From an uncultured Thermoproteales archaeon (lineage in GTDB: Archaea; Thermoproteota; Thermoprotei; Thermofilales; CAYSTQ01), in the NCBI GenBank assembly GCA_964433855.1, contig CAYSTQ010000001.1, positions 1 to 38,107 of the forward strand: a DNA stretch of 38,107 bases, read 5' to 3'. Each line of letters opens with the position of its first letter. Position 1 is the stretch's first letter. Below are positions 17,305 through 27,523 of the stretch, in pieces. The notes under the pieces were generated by a model that worked only from the letters and a program-made list of their open reading frames with translations, ran no database searches and was not told the DNA's origin. Position numbers and translations under genes: made by a program.

Positions 17305-18114
17305 TTGGGTGAGATCATGACCGGCATAGTCACTCTTCTCACAGATTTTGGCACTAGGGATCATTTCGCATCGGTGATGAAAGGAGTTATGATGTCTATA
17401 AACCCAAACATTAGAATTATAGACATATCCCATGATGTTGCCAAATACGATGTGGAGGCCGCAGCCTATACGCTGCTGTGCGCCTATAAATGGTTTCCGG
17501 AAGGAACAATACATGTTGTCGTCGTCGACCCAGGCGTTGGAACCGAAAGGCGGGGACTAGTAGTTAAGTCTAGAAACTATCTGTTCGTAGGCCCAGACAA
17601 TGGTGTTCTGATTCCTGCAGCCAGGAGAGATGGTCTAGAGAAGGTTTTCGAAATAAAGAATGAAAAATTAACGCTGGGCAAAATATCCACGACGTTCCAC
17701 GGAAGAGATATCTTTGCTCCTGTGGCGGCCTGGCTTTCAAAAGGTGCCCCGCTAGACACAGTAGGCCCCCCACTTTCAAAATACGAAGAACTAGCCTTGC
17801 TAAAACCATGCAAAATAATAGGCCGGACAATCGAATGTAACGTGATTCACATCGACGGATTTGGCAACGTGGTTTTTAACATAGAGCCCCAAGATGTTAA
17901 CAAAGTAGGTCTACGCCACGGCGACCACGTTGAAGTCATATTTCCTACGACCACAGTTAAGGCGAGACTACAACCTAGTTACGGGTACGTGAAATCTGGC
18001 GAACCCGTCCTTGTGATAAACAGTGAGGAGTTCCTGGAACTAGCTATACGAGAAGGCAACGCCGCCCGGAAATATGGTATCCGACGCGGAGACCCTGCTT
18101 TTATTAAATTATAA
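17305..18114 (+). CDS. SAM hydrolase / S-adenosyl-L-methionine hydroxide adenosyltransferase (DUF62, chlorinase/fluorinase family)
   Basis: IVTLLTDFGTRDHFASVMKGVM...VVVVDPGVGT...GPDNGVL are the family hallmarks. The true start may be the MTGIV codon at 17317. Confidence 0.85.
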   Translation: MGEIMTGIVTLLTDFGTRDHFASVMKGVMMSINPNIRIIDISHDVAKYDVEAAAYTLLCAYKWFPEGTIHVVVVDPGVGTERRGLVVKSRNYLFVGPDNGVLIPAARRDGLEKVFEIKNEKLTLGKISTTFHGRDIFAPVAAWLSKGAPLDTVGPPLSKYEELALLKPCKIIGRTIECNVIHIDGFGNVVFNIEPQDVNKVGLRHGDHVEVIFPTTTVKARLQPSYGYVKSGEPVLVINSEEFLELAIREGNAARKYGIRRGDPAFIKL

Positions 18115-18119
18115 GGTTA

Positions 18120-18713
18120 TTAACTTAAGTTTTCAACCGATATAAAATATTTAGAAGGTATACGGTCACCCCTGATAGCTATTCCCTCCCTCACCAACAG
18201 GGTCTTTTTAATAAAACATAGATCTTTACCTCCGAGATATCCTCCAATTCTTCCATTCGAGTAGACCACTCTGTGACACGGCCGAAGCACCGGATATGGA
18301 TTAGAGCGTAACGCGGCGGCTATCGCTCGAGGATGTGACGAAAGCCGTTGAGCCAACGTCCCATACGAAGCTACACGGCCATATGGTATTTTACTTACAA
18401 GTTCTAGCACGGTAGCTGTAAAGTCACTAAGCCATGGGCAAGCCATTTCTAAACCGGTTATATCGACACTCTCTCCGTTAAACATCTTGACAACTATTTC
18501 GGCGTATTTCCAGGCACTGTGAACCTTGTAGGACCTTTTTAAAATTACGTATTTAGGCACTATTCTTCTAATTATTTTCATAGCCGTTTGAAGCGATCGG
18601 ACAGGTACGCTATTACATGCCAGACTATTCCTAAACAAGCCTATTGAAACATAGAGTCCGTCCAAGTTAACAGCAACTATTTCAACTAGCGGTGTCAACT
18701 TTTTCCGAGGCAT
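18120..18713 (-). CDS. ogt: methylated-DNA--protein-cysteine methyltransferase (Ogt/MGMT)
   Basis: YGRVASYGTLAQRL...NPYPVLRPCHRVV contains the PCHRV active site. Confidence 0.88.
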   Translation of the reverse strand: MPRKKLTPLVEIVAVNLDGLYVSIGLFRNSLACNSVPVRSLQTAMKIIRRIVPKYVILKRSYKVHSAWKYAEIVVKMFNGESVDITGLEMACPWLSDFTATVLELVSKIPYGRVASYGTLAQRLSSHPRAIAAALRSNPYPVLRPCHRVVYSNGRIGGYLGGKDLCFIKKTLLVREGIAIRGDRIPSKYFISVENLS

Positions 18714-19738
18714 CTAACACATACCCTGTTCCCTAGTTTTTCTACGTGAAACCGCGCTCCAACAATTATTTTACACAGCTCTATTACAGTTTCTGCATGA
18801 AGAGTCATATGGGAAGCCGTTATCATGCTTTCCCCGCTAGCCAGCGCCGCATATATCAATAAGTTGTCAAGTGCATGCTGATCAACAGCTGCTCTGGTCT
18901 CAAGCTCGCTTAAAAGTTTTTCAGCCGCCTCACTGCCCACCCTCTCAGCTGGCTTACCCTTCTCACCTAGGGCATCCCCACCCACCACACCGGTGTCCGT
19001 AACCGCCCATATAACTATGCCACTTCCCTTATCTATGGCAGGCGTCCGCCAGTCAATTCTAATATCACGCGGGATTTCTCCATAGCCTCGGCTGACGATT
19101 ATATTTTCAGCCGCTTTCTTCTGTCTCAGAACAACATGGCTTGGAAGATTAGATGAGTACGATAATCCCTTGAATCTCTTAAGCCTACTCCACTCAGGTA
19201 ATACGATGGGAGACAACGTGTCGACTGGAGCTATGCTAACTTCTACGATTCCTCCACCTCTAGGATAAAAACCTCGCTTAAGAATTTTTATTCCTATATC
19301 GAGACCCATACGTTTAAGCAAGGGTACTAGAACAGCCTGCATATACGGTATCGGAGGCGCGTTTCTCACGCTAGTGCCTCCTGTAAGCCTTATCGTAGTG
19401 GCTTTATCGGCGAAAGCAGCTACTGGAAGCAACGCCTGAAGTACTAGCGAGATGCTTCCCGCCGTCCCTATATTCGCCTTAAAGAATCCCCCTTTAACTT
19501 TACGCCTAGGTCTAAACACTATAGTCATAGATCCCTTTTTTAATCCCTCAATATCGGCATCTACAAGCAAGCCTACTGTTTTAACGGCGGTCATATGTTG
19601 AGGCCGTAACCCTGGATTTGACCTCTTAGCCCGTATATTAACTATTTTGACCGGCTCACCAGTTATGGCTGATAAAGCCACTGCGTATCTTAGTATCTGT
19701 CCTCCGCCTTCACCCATGCTGCCATCTATAGTTATCAT
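18695..19738 (-). CDS. rtcA: RNA 3'-terminal phosphate cyclase
   Basis: [49 protein letters not shown] is the typical RtcA N-terminus, including the catalytic His context. Confidence 0.92.
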   Translation of the reverse strand: MITIDGSMGEGGGQILRYAVALSAITGEPVKIVNIRAKRSNPGLRPQHMTAVKTVGLLVDADIEGLKKGSMTIVFRPRRKVKGGFFKANIGTAGSISLVLQALLPVAAFADKATTIRLTGGTSVRNAPPIPYMQAVLVPLLKRMGLDIGIKILKRGFYPRGGGIVEVSIAPVDTLSPIVLPEWSRLKRFKGLSYSSNLPSHVVLRQKKAAENIIVSRGYGEIPRDIRIDWRTPAIDKGSGIVIWAVTDTGVVGGDALGEKGKPAERVGSEAAEKLLSELETRAAVDQHALDNLLIYAALASGESMITASHMTLHAETVIELCKIIVGARFHVEKLGNRVCVRCLGKS

Positions 19739-20337
19739 AAACCAGCCCCCAGAGCCTTTTTCACATGGATAACCCTTTGAAACACGGTAATGTAGGTGAC
19801 GGCTATAAGTAGATAAAATATAGCTGCAGCGACGTCTTTACTCCAAAACGCTATTATTAATGAGGAAAACATTATTAATATTCTTTCAGCCCTTTCAGCA
19901 ATTCCAACGGACTCCATCTTTACACCTAAGGTCTCTCCTCTAGCCCTAGAGTAACTAATCAAGTAGGCACCCACAAGCTCCAAGCATGCAACCTGGTAAG
20001 AAACTACTTTTAAGACAGCGAACGCCAGTATGAATAAAGCATCCGAAATCCTATCTATAAAGGAATCCATAAAAGCCCCCCAGGACGAGGTCCGCCCCGT
20101 CTTTCTAGCAACAGCGCCATCAAGAGCATCGATTAACGTCGACGCGCCGAAAACTGTTAAGGTAAATAAATAATATGAAAAACCATTTATCCACGTCAAG
20201 AAAAAGAAAAAAACGCTTAGAGCTAGCCCTGTAATCGTTAGAATATTGGGGGACAACCCCATCATCACCAAGAGGTCAACTAATGGATCTACTATTTTAA
20301 TTAGTTTATGCTTAATCGCTGTAAGCATCCAGTGCAC
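19735..20337 (-). CDS. CDP-alcohol phosphatidyltransferase family membrane protein
   Basis: The [12 protein letters not shown]...[11 protein letters not shown] motif (DG-x2-AR...G-x3-D-x3-D) plus several hydrophobic helices. Confidence 0.85.
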   Translation of the reverse strand: MHWMLTAIKHKLIKIVDPLVDLLVMMGLSPNILTITGLALSVFFFFLTWINGFSYYLFTLTVFGASTLIDALDGAVARKTGRTSSWGAFMDSFIDRISDALFILAFAVLKVVSYQVACLELVGAYLISYSRARGETLGVKMESVGIAERAERILIMFSSLIIAFWSKDVAAAIFYLLIAVTYITVFQRVIHVKKALGAGL

Positions 20338-20340
20338 CGA

Positions 20341-20664
20341 TTAGGAAGTAGAAAAGAGCTCTGAATATATTTTTTCGAGAAGATTCTTAGCGTCACTAAA
20401 TTTTTGAAGCCCTAGTTCAGTAGGCTCATAGTAGACCTTACCCTCTTCATCAAGCCTAACCCGCTTTATCAAGCCCTCCCTTTCCATCTTGTAAAGTACT
20501 ACATAAACCGTTATAGTTGCTGGATTAAACCTGAACCGCTTACGTATTTCTTCAGCTATTTCTTTCCCATACATCGGCTTCTCGGATAACAGCCTGATTA
20601 CATACATCCAGAGGTTTTCCTTAGTTAGTTTGTTAAAGAGCCTCTCGTAGGCCACCTTTTTCAC
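20341..20664 (-). CDS. PadR-family transcriptional regulator
   Basis: MYGKEIAEEIRKRFRFNPATITVYVVLYKMEREGLI is a PadR-type winged helix. Confidence 0.8.
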   Translation of the reverse strand: MKKVAYERLFNKLTKENLWMYVIRLLSEKPMYGKEIAEEIRKRFRFNPATITVYVVLYKMEREGLIKRVRLDEEGKVYYEPTELGLQKFSDAKNLLEKIYSELFSTS

Positions 20665-21029
20665 CTTAAAGTTTTACGCGAGGTGAGCAACATTACGGCC
20701 TCCGCTAGGTCTCCCTTAGTCTCCTTAAGAGCCTCTCTAGCCTCTTCCATAGAGACACCAGCTTGCTGAGCCACTAGTTGCACGTCTTCTTCTGACACCT
20801 CGACACCACTCTCCTCAACAACCTCGGTCTTTTCCTTTCTATAATCACCCATAACCTGGAATATTTCGGTGCCGCCGACCTTCATTAACGACACCTTAGG
20901 ATAATCAAACACCATGACTTCACCATTTTCGAAAAATATTCTTACCTCCCTAACATTTTTAAGCTCCTCTACAGCAACGCCCAACCTTTTAGAGAGCCTT
21001 CTCATCTCACGCGGAGACAGCCTACGCAT
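20661..21029 (-). CDS. nac: nascent polypeptide-associated complex protein (archaeal NAC alpha)
   Basis: NAC domain followed by a C-terminal UBA-like VSEEDVQLVAQQAGVSMEEAREALKETKGDLAEAVMLL. Confidence 0.9.
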   Translation of the reverse strand: MRRLSPREMRRLSKRLGVAVEELKNVREVRIFFENGEVMVFDYPKVSLMKVGGTEIFQVMGDYRKEKTEVVEESGVEVSEEDVQLVAQQAGVSMEEAREALKETKGDLAEAVMLLTSRKTLR

Positions 21030-21112
21030 ATCTTCACACCCATGTTACATGGATAGCCCTAACTCAGAGATAATTACTGGTTTATAACTTATTAAGTCAT
21101 TCTAAACACCGT

Positions 21113-21790
21113 TTAGAACCGGCCTATATCCAAAAGACTTTCAGGCGCTATTTTTGAAGCGATCCAGCCTCCCAAATCCGCCACCTCGTAGCTTCTTAGG
21201 ATGATGACGGCGTCGCTACTCGCTACAAGACCCTTCACTGAAAGAGTTGCAACATCCGCTTTTTTAACGGCTACAGACCCCCCTGTTAAACCGTATCTCA
21301 ATAGACATCTTCTGGTGTAAGCCGCGAACAAACCACTTTTACTTACACCTGAGTCGAAAAACACGGTTACGTTGGCAGGTTTTAACCTTTTTAGACTGAA
21401 CAACATTATCTCGAGCGCCGTGTACAGGGATGCAGTAACCTTGACTTTCTCAAATGCTGAGCTTATATCCCTTATGAAGCCGTCATCGCAAAGTATTAAC
21501 GGTCTTCGCAAGAGCGCCGCCCGGATTGTCATCAGCACGTTGAAACCATCTATAATCACCCTTCTACCCTTCACCATCTCAGGCCTTACAAGCTTGCTTC
21601 TTCTGCTTTCAGCCTCGTTTAAAGACATGACCCCTCTTAAAAGCGCCATTCTTTCAACTGTGCTAAGCTGATAACGGCTAGTTACCATGTTTAAAGCAGG
21701 CTCTCTCCGATATCCTCTGTTAAGGAGGAACCTGTAGTCAACAACTGCTTCACGCAATAAACCGACTCTAAGAACAGTCATGTCTATCAT
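21113..21790 (-). CDS. DUF434-like protein with a PIN/NYN-like C-terminal half
   Basis: AVVDYRFLLNRGYRREPALNMVTSRYQLS (DUF434-like) followed by VIIDGFNVL...FFDSGVSKSG. The gene overlaps the alaS stop by 4 nt. The family assignment is from memory. Confidence 0.55.
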   Translation of the reverse strand: MIDMTVLRVGLLREAVVDYRFLLNRGYRREPALNMVTSRYQLSTVERMALLRGVMSLNEAESRRSKLVRPEMVKGRRVIIDGFNVLMTIRAALLRRPLILCDDGFIRDISSAFEKVKVTASLYTALEIMLFSLKRLKPANVTVFFDSGVSKSGLFAAYTRRCLLRYGLTGGSVAVKKADVATLSVKGLVASSDAVIILRSYEVADLGGWIASKIAPESLLDIGRF

Positions 21791-24531
21791 TGGATAAAAC
21801 TTAGGATATTTTCTGAAAGAAAGATACGTATTTCAGCCAGCTCCTTTTCACCCATATGTCTATTAAGCCTACCTCTAAACATATCGTTCTTCCCGCCTCC
21901 TTTACCACCGAATCTTTCAGTGATGGCTCTGCCTACAATCCTAGCGTCTAACCCTAGTTTAACCACGTTCTCGCCTAACATGACTATTATATAGGGCTTC
22001 TCCTCGTCAGATACGAGGACAACTACCGTTTCCGGGTCTTTACGTATAACAGCTATAGCAACATCGGTTATGACGTTGGGTTCTTCGCTCAGTGCCGCGA
22101 CAACAAGTTTAACATTCCCAACTTTTAAACAGCTTTCCAGCAGATTCTCCGCATGAATCCTTACATGTTCAGTGATAAGTCTCTTAACAGTATATCTAAG
22201 TCTAGTGTTCTCACTGGATATCTTCTCAACCTGTTTAACAACATTGTCCATATCTCCTTCTACAAGATTCGCTATAGCGGCGAGTCTGTCCTCTAGTTCT
22301 TCCAGGTATTTGAGCGTAGCAAGCCCAGATGTAAACTCAAGCCGTTCAACACCATCCTGAATCCTGTCTACTCCCACGATTTTTATCATCCCTACCTCTC
22401 CAGTACGGCTAACGTGCAATCCTCCACATGCCTCTGCATCCCAACCCTCTATCTCGACAACTCTTATCGTTGGGCCTGGAACTATACCGCCCTGGTAAAG
22501 ACCGAATCCATATTTAGCCTCAGCTTTATTTCTAGGCATGAAGACCGCTTTCACAGGCCTATTCTCCACAACAACCATGTTGGCCAATCTCTCTATCTTT
22601 TTCAACTCTTCACGAGTTATACGTTTATAATGAGTTATATCCAGCCTGTTCCTGTAAATGCCTTTTTGTGCCCCGGCCTGCCACACATGCCTGCCTAAAA
22701 CTCTTCTAGCCGCCCCAAGAACTATATGAGTGGCTGTATGGCTTCTCATAAGAGCCATCCGTCTTTCCCAGTCAACTACTCCTTTAACACGTTGCCCAGG
22801 TTTATACGGGCAAACATCACATATATGTACTACTACGTTGCCTACTTTTTCAACTTTTAATACTTTAGCCCTATTAACACCGTCTGTCACAATACCCGTA
22901 TCAGATGGCTGGCCTCCACCCTCAGGGTAGAAACAGGTTGCGTCAAGCACAAGATACTTATCCTGGTAAACACCTACAACTTGGGCTTCAAACTCTACTC
23001 GCCGGGGATCTTCATAGTAAAGAAGCTTTGTCGGCGCTAAATCGTTTATCTCAACAGGTATTCTTGAGGCCGCGCCATCTTTACCTCTTCTTCTTTTTTC
23101 ATGTAGCTCAGCGAGCCGGGAATAGAAGTCGGCGGGAACTTCAACTTCTACGTTTTCGGGCTCAACCATCTCCTTAACCAAGTCAGGGGGGAGCCCATGG
23201 GAATCATAAAGTAACATCAGCTCGTCAATGCTCAGCTGTGACCTGCCCTCTCTCCTAACCCTATTAACAACCCTCTTTACGGCCTTCTTCCCCTCTTTAA
23301 TAGTGGCATAGTACTTTTTCTCTTCAACGCTCACCATATCTAGTATTTCATCCCTTAGGTCGATGTACTCTGGGAAGTCGTCTCTCCACCTAAATATCTG
23401 CATATCCACGATGTCGACGAGCCCGATATCCATACCAAGTCTCATTAGATGTCTTATACATCTCCTGATCAACAGCCTGGCCAGATAACCGGCACCGCTA
23501 TTAGACGGCACAACGCCGTCCCCTAACATGAACATTATCGACCTGGTATGATCCAGTAGAGCATAGATACGCTCATAGGGATCAAGGATAGCTTCTATCT
23601 CGCTCACCGTGAACCCTAGCCGCGTTGCGGCTAGCTGCCTAATACGCTTAAGCGCCCCAGGTCTCTTAGCATCTATCTTGCCAGCTATTTTAGAGACCTC
23701 GGCTATAAGCACTGGGTCGAGTCTGTCTAAACCAGCAGCGGTTCTAAGCTTATCAACGAGCTCTGGAAAAACCACGTCGTAAACCGTTGGCGCCCCTTTA
23801 GTTAGCCAGTATATACGCTCTAAACCATAGCCCGTATCGACGATCCTATTCTTCATAGGTACTATTTCGCCATCAAGGTCGCGGTAATGCATAAACACTA
23901 ATGTAGCGACCTCAAGCCCCCTTACCAACACTTCGAAATCCTCCCCAGCGTTGCCTCCTCCACACCACCAGTCCTCCTTAAACGTGATCTCCCTAGGGGG
24001 TATTCCCATCCTCTCCGTTAGAAACCGGTACGCATAATCAACGGTTTCGTCCATCCAGTAGACTTCCCTGTCTATGTTAAAGGCATGATGCGCCATCATC
24101 TCAAAACTTGTTAGGTGACGCCCAGTTTTACCAACGTTATCAACATCGGTAAGCCTTATACAGGGCTGCGAAATCGTCAAAGGATTTGCCGGAGGAGGCA
24201 CTATTCCCTCCGTAACCCACGGCTGAAAATCATATATCGACGCCCCCACAAGATAGACGTCGTCCCTCCACCGGGCCACGATAGGATACCGCTTAATTCT
24301 AGTATGGCCATTATCCTCAAAAAATCTTAAGAACTCCTCTCTAACACTTTTTATAGACTCTGCCTTTACGCCTGTTGGCGACCCTATAAATTCGTAGTCA
24401 ACACAGGGCTGATCCCCGCAGAACTCCCTATCCGGGTCGAGCGTCCAGAAAGGCGCCCCGCAGTTCCTACAAATCTTCCTTTCGAAACCCTCCTCTTCAA
24501 ACAGCTTCACTTTCAGACTATCGCCCAACAA
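21787..24531 (-). CDS. alaS: alanine--tRNA ligase (archaeal type)
   Basis: 914 aa with a class II core, an editing domain with HTATH/CGG motifs (SHTATHIV...CGGLHV) and a C-terminal DHHA1-like domain. The start is TTG, preceded by GGTGAT. Confidence 0.95.
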   Translation of the reverse strand: MLGDSLKVKLFEEEGFERKICRNCGAPFWTLDPDREFCGDQPCVDYEFIGSPTGVKAESIKSVREEFLRFFEDNGHTRIKRYPIVARWRDDVYLVGASIYDFQPWVTEGIVPPPANPLTISQPCIRLTDVDNVGKTGRHLTSFEMMAHHAFNIDREVYWMDETVDYAYRFLTERMGIPPREITFKEDWWCGGGNAGEDFEVLVRGLEVATLVFMHYRDLDGEIVPMKNRIVDTGYGLERIYWLTKGAPTVYDVVFPELVDKLRTAAGLDRLDPVLIAEVSKIAGKIDAKRPGALKRIRQLAATRLGFTVSEIEAILDPYERIYALLDHTRSIMFMLGDGVVPSNSGAGYLARLLIRRCIRHLMRLGMDIGLVDIVDMQIFRWRDDFPEYIDLRDEILDMVSVEEKKYYATIKEGKKAVKRVVNRVRREGRSQLSIDELMLLYDSHGLPPDLVKEMVEPENVEVEVPADFYSRLAELHEKRRRGKDGAASRIPVEINDLAPTKLLYYEDPRRVEFEAQVVGVYQDKYLVLDATCFYPEGGGQPSDTGIVTDGVNRAKVLKVEKVGNVVVHICDVCPYKPGQRVKGVVDWERRMALMRSHTATHIVLGAARRVLGRHVWQAGAQKGIYRNRLDITHYKRITREELKKIERLANMVVVENRPVKAVFMPRNKAEAKYGFGLYQGGIVPGPTIRVVEIEGWDAEACGGLHVSRTGEVGMIKIVGVDRIQDGVERLEFTSGLATLKYLEELEDRLAAIANLVEGDMDNVVKQVEKISSENTRLRYTVKRLITEHVRIHAENLLESCLKVGNVKLVVAALSEEPNVITDVAIAVIRKDPETVVVLVSDEEKPYIIVMLGENVVKLGLDARIVGRAITERFGGKGGGKNDMFRGRLNRHMGEKELAEIRIFLSENILSFIQ

Positions 24532-24709
24532 ATCATCACCAAGTCTAAGATTATCCTTTAGTCCTGCTAATGAGAGAGCCTAGCTGATTTAAATAATTTG
24601 ACGCTAGAGAGGTAAAACTCGCTCTCTGAAAGGGGGCCGGAAAGCCTAATTAAGAAATCTTACAGACCCCCTGAAACACTTGGCACTAAATCCCCTATCT
24701 AACAGCCCT

Positions 24710-25600
24710 TCACTTAAACGCGTCAGATTTCGCCGCAACAGCATCGTAAAGCGCCTGGGCCTGAGCTTCGGCTTTAGCAAGTATGTGTGGCAAAGTTTCG
24801 GCTGATGGGAAGCTGGCTTCAACCGCTGCTACAGTAGCCTCATAATGGGCTTTAGCGACGATGTACGCCACAGTATCGCTGGTTGGGTATACAGCATTAA
24901 TAGACAGGTTAAACGCTTCCTGGACGCATTGCCTAAGCTGTGCTTCATACTCCCCCAGATCTATCTGGAGTTCTTCACCTGAGATAACTAAGCCATCAAC
25001 ATAGCCTGCCTTTACGTCAACTCCGACCTCTATCGGCTTTATACCGAGCCGCTTTAACAAATCCGCTAAATCTGCTGATATCACATCGCCCTCTTTAGCG
25101 ACAACAGTGTCTTTGACAACCCACACACTACCCTCTTTAATAGTTGTTGGTATGCCTACCTTGTTGAAAAGGCTTATGATAGGGCCTGGAGCAAAGTTCG
25201 TGTTTCCTTCTGACACAACTATTTCACGTGGAGCCACGTCGCCAGCCCTAGCCTCCCTGGCAACCTTGTTCCTATCCAAGAATAGCCTCACCAGGAACGG
25301 GTTCTCATTCGTAAGCAACACTGCGTTCTGGCCCGTTAGGAACGACACCAGCTTATCCACGCCAGGTTTCTGAGCCGAGATTTCCTCAATGGCTTTACGG
25401 AAAAGCGTGTTTTTAACGACTTTAAGCAGCGCACCCTGCTCTCTAAGTTTTGCCCTTATCTCATGCAGAACAGGCGCTGGAACACTCGTTATACTTACTA
25501 GTAAAATACCTCTGTATTTTTTAAGTAAATCAACCATTTCCTTAACCGCTCTAACCTTAGACCCCGGTATTTTCCGCTTTTTAAGAGCCGCCATAGACAA
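24710..25600 (-). CDS. rplP0: 50S ribosomal stalk protein P0 (uL10), lacking the usual acidic C-terminal tail
   Basis: KVRAVKEMVDLLKKYRGILLVSITSVPAPVLHEIRAKLRE is the typical uL10 N-domain. The protein is 296 aa and ends ...ALYDAVAAKSDAFK. Confidence 0.9.
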   Translation of the reverse strand: MSMAALKKRKIPGSKVRAVKEMVDLLKKYRGILLVSITSVPAPVLHEIRAKLREQGALLKVVKNTLFRKAIEEISAQKPGVDKLVSFLTGQNAVLLTNENPFLVRLFLDRNKVAREARAGDVAPREIVVSEGNTNFAPGPIISLFNKVGIPTTIKEGSVWVVKDTVVAKEGDVISADLADLLKRLGIKPIEVGVDVKAGYVDGLVISGEELQIDLGEYEAQLRQCVQEAFNLSINAVYPTSDTVAYIVAKAHYEATVAAVEASFPSAETLPHILAKAEAQAQALYDAVAAKSDAFK

Positions 25601-25606
25601 GCCTGA

Positions 25607-26260
25607 TCACCTAGTTTTAATCCTAACTGCAGGCCCCATTGTAAGCTTAACATAAACCCGTTCAATATTTTGAGGCACGCTTATCCTGCCCTCCAACGCT
25701 GTGAAGATCGCTCCTATGTTCTCTGCGAGGTCTTTACTCGGCTGATTCTCAAGGCCTACCCGGCACATTATTAACGGTTGATCCCGGACCCTAACCCTGA
25801 CGCAGTGTTTAAAGTGATTTATGAGCGGGGCTATATCCGCCGTGGGAGGTACTGGCTGAGGCATTTTTCCTCTTGGACCGAGAAACCTACCCAGTGCCCT
25901 ACCTATGTGTGCCATTAGGTCAACGCTAGCTAGAAAGAAATCATATCCCCTGACTATTTTACGTACTCTTCTTTTATCAGACGCTAAGGCATCTATGTCT
26001 TCTCTAAGCAGAACCATGTCGGCGCCCGCCTCTCGAGCCCTTACAGCGAGGCCTCCCGAGGCTATTACACACACCCTTGAAAGCTTTTCAGGAGGCATAT
26101 GGGGAAGCCGCACGCTCAGATTGAACCTGTTTTCCGGCCGTTTAAGATCGATATCCTTTAGCTTCGCTATCAACTCTACCGACTGTGTAAATCTACGTGG
26201 TTTAGCTAGCCTCTTAGCTTCGTCCACCGCTTTAACTATACCATCTAGCGGCAAGCTCAT
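25607..26260 (-). CDS. rpl1: 50S ribosomal protein uL1
   Basis: FTQSVELIAKLKDIDLKRPENRFNLSVRLPH is typical uL1, and the gene sits in the uL11-uL1-P0 order. Confidence 0.93.
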   Translation of the reverse strand: MSLPLDGIVKAVDEAKRLAKPRRFTQSVELIAKLKDIDLKRPENRFNLSVRLPHMPPEKLSRVCVIASGGLAVRAREAGADMVLLREDIDALASDKRRVRKIVRGYDFFLASVDLMAHIGRALGRFLGPRGKMPQPVPPTADIAPLINHFKHCVRVRVRDQPLIMCRVGLENQPSKDLAENIGAIFTALEGRISVPQNIERVYVKLTMGPAVRIKTR

Positions 26261-26761
26261 CTATTGAGACCCCCATTCCCCCTCATATTTTGCTAGTACA
26301 TCGTCGCGGATACCTTTATCTATTTCTCTCTGTACTTCTCTGGGATCTCTGCCCTCCACGGTAACTCCCATACTTAAACACGTCCCTAGGATCTGCTTCA
26401 CGGCGGCCTTTAAGGTCTTGGATTTCAACTGGCCCTTTTTAATTAAAGCTATTTTAATAACCTGGTCAAAGGATAGATCGCCTACTGGAGTCCGCCCAGC
26501 CTCGCCTGAGCCTTTAGATATGCCTAGCTCCCTTATTATAAGTGCGGCGGTTGTAGGAAGCCCGACCTCTACCTCAAACTGTTTAGTATCAACATTAACG
26601 TGAACCTTTACAGGCACTCGCATTCCCGAAAACTCCTTTGTTAACTCGTTTATCCTGTTCACTACCTGCATTACGTTTATCCCTAAGGGACCAAGAGCTG
26701 GGCCTATCGGTGGACCTGCCGTGGCTTTACCGCCCTCTACCAAGAACTGGAATGACTTCAC
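26261..26761 (-). CDS. rpl11: 50S ribosomal protein uL11
   Basis: [46 protein letters not shown]. The start codon is GTG. Confidence 0.93.
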   Translation of the reverse strand: MKSFQFLVEGGKATAGPPIGPALGPLGINVMQVVNRINELTKEFSGMRVPVKVHVNVDTKQFEVEVGLPTTAALIIRELGISKGSGEAGRTPVGDLSFDQVIKIALIKKGQLKSKTLKAAVKQILGTCLSMGVTVEGRDPREVQREIDKGIRDDVLAKYEGEWGSQ

Positions 26762-26857
26762 ATTCTCTTTAGACGTACGTCATCCCCCTCTCCATTTATC
26801 CTCTGTTTAAATGCAGCTATTCAACAATCAAGGGAGTAGATAAATATTCTGTTAGGT

Positions 26858-27523
26858 CTAGCAAATAGATACGGACAACCCTTTATCTCCCGCTATAGCT
26901 ATAGCGTAAGCAGAAACTATGTTTCTAGACGCTCTCCCCAAAATCTTGCTGCATATCTTAGCTAGAGAGCTAACATGCCGCTCGTCCACGAGCTCTATAC
27001 GAACATTACTGTGACTCAGGGTTTTCGCCAAGTCCACCGCTATTCTGCTGCCACCTGCAAACATACCTATTCTAACCAGGATGCTGCGTGCCCGCGAATA
27101 CTCGATAAGCTGTTTTATAAGCTCTATAGTCGCGTTAACCTCCACTAAAACCGTCCCATATACAAATACACCATCACCTATCACGGCTACACCTATACGC
27201 TCTCCAGGATCAATCCCCATAATTATTTTATTATAAATATTAATTTTTAATATGTGTCTTAAAAGCTCTAGAGAAAACAGCATCTCCTTACTTACAAGCT
27301 CTTCGCAGACCGTCATCACATTCCCGTTCCCGGACCGTCCCTTGGAAACTATAACAAGATCAGCCTGGTTATCATCAACACTCAAGTCAACCGTGTATCG
27401 AATACCTAACCTGTTCAACAGTCTAATTAACTTTAGGAAAAGCTTTGGCCTATCAACCATAACCACTATAGTCTTACCCTTAAGTAAAGACTTAATAGTA
27501 GTCCTCTGCCCCACCTCTTTCAA
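26858..27523 (-). CDS. hypothetical protein with a C-terminal RNase H-fold (YqgF/RuvX/RuvC-like) domain
   Basis: IMGIDPGERIGVAVIGDG ... IELVDERHVS resembles the YqgF pattern GxDxGxxxxGxA ... DErxT. The N-terminal ~100 aa are unassigned. Confidence 0.55.
   Translation of the reverse strand: MKEVGQRTTIKSLLKGKTIVVMVDRPKLFLKLIRLLNRLGIRYTVDLSVDDNQADLVIVSKGRSGNGNVMTVCEELVSKEMLFSLELLRHILKINIYNKIIMGIDPGERIGVAVIGDGVFVYGTVLVEVNATIELIKQLIEYSRARSILVRIGMFAGGSRIAVDLAKTLSHSNVRIELVDERHVSSLAKICSKILGRASRNIVSAYAIAIAGDKGLSVSIC

Noticed and set aside
17265-17354. The longer Cgi121 ORF start at 17354.
   Set aside because: It would overlap the divergent SAM-hydrolase gene by 50 nt and add 30 residues with no counterpart in Cgi121. 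The internal Met at 17264 is preferred.
24533-24545. GGTGATGA on the minus strand just upstream of alaS, which resembles a C box.
   Set aside because: The spacing and following sequence do not give D', C' and D boxes. It sits at Shine-Dalgarno distance from the TTG start of alaS and matches the GGTGAT Shine-Dalgarno consensus.
26772-26781. The 10-nt palindrome GACGTACGTC, 11 nt upstream of the uL11 GTG start. I considered it as an autoregulatory site.
   Set aside because: It is too short to be statistically meaningful, and it has no resemblance I can verify to the L1 or L11 rRNA binding sites.
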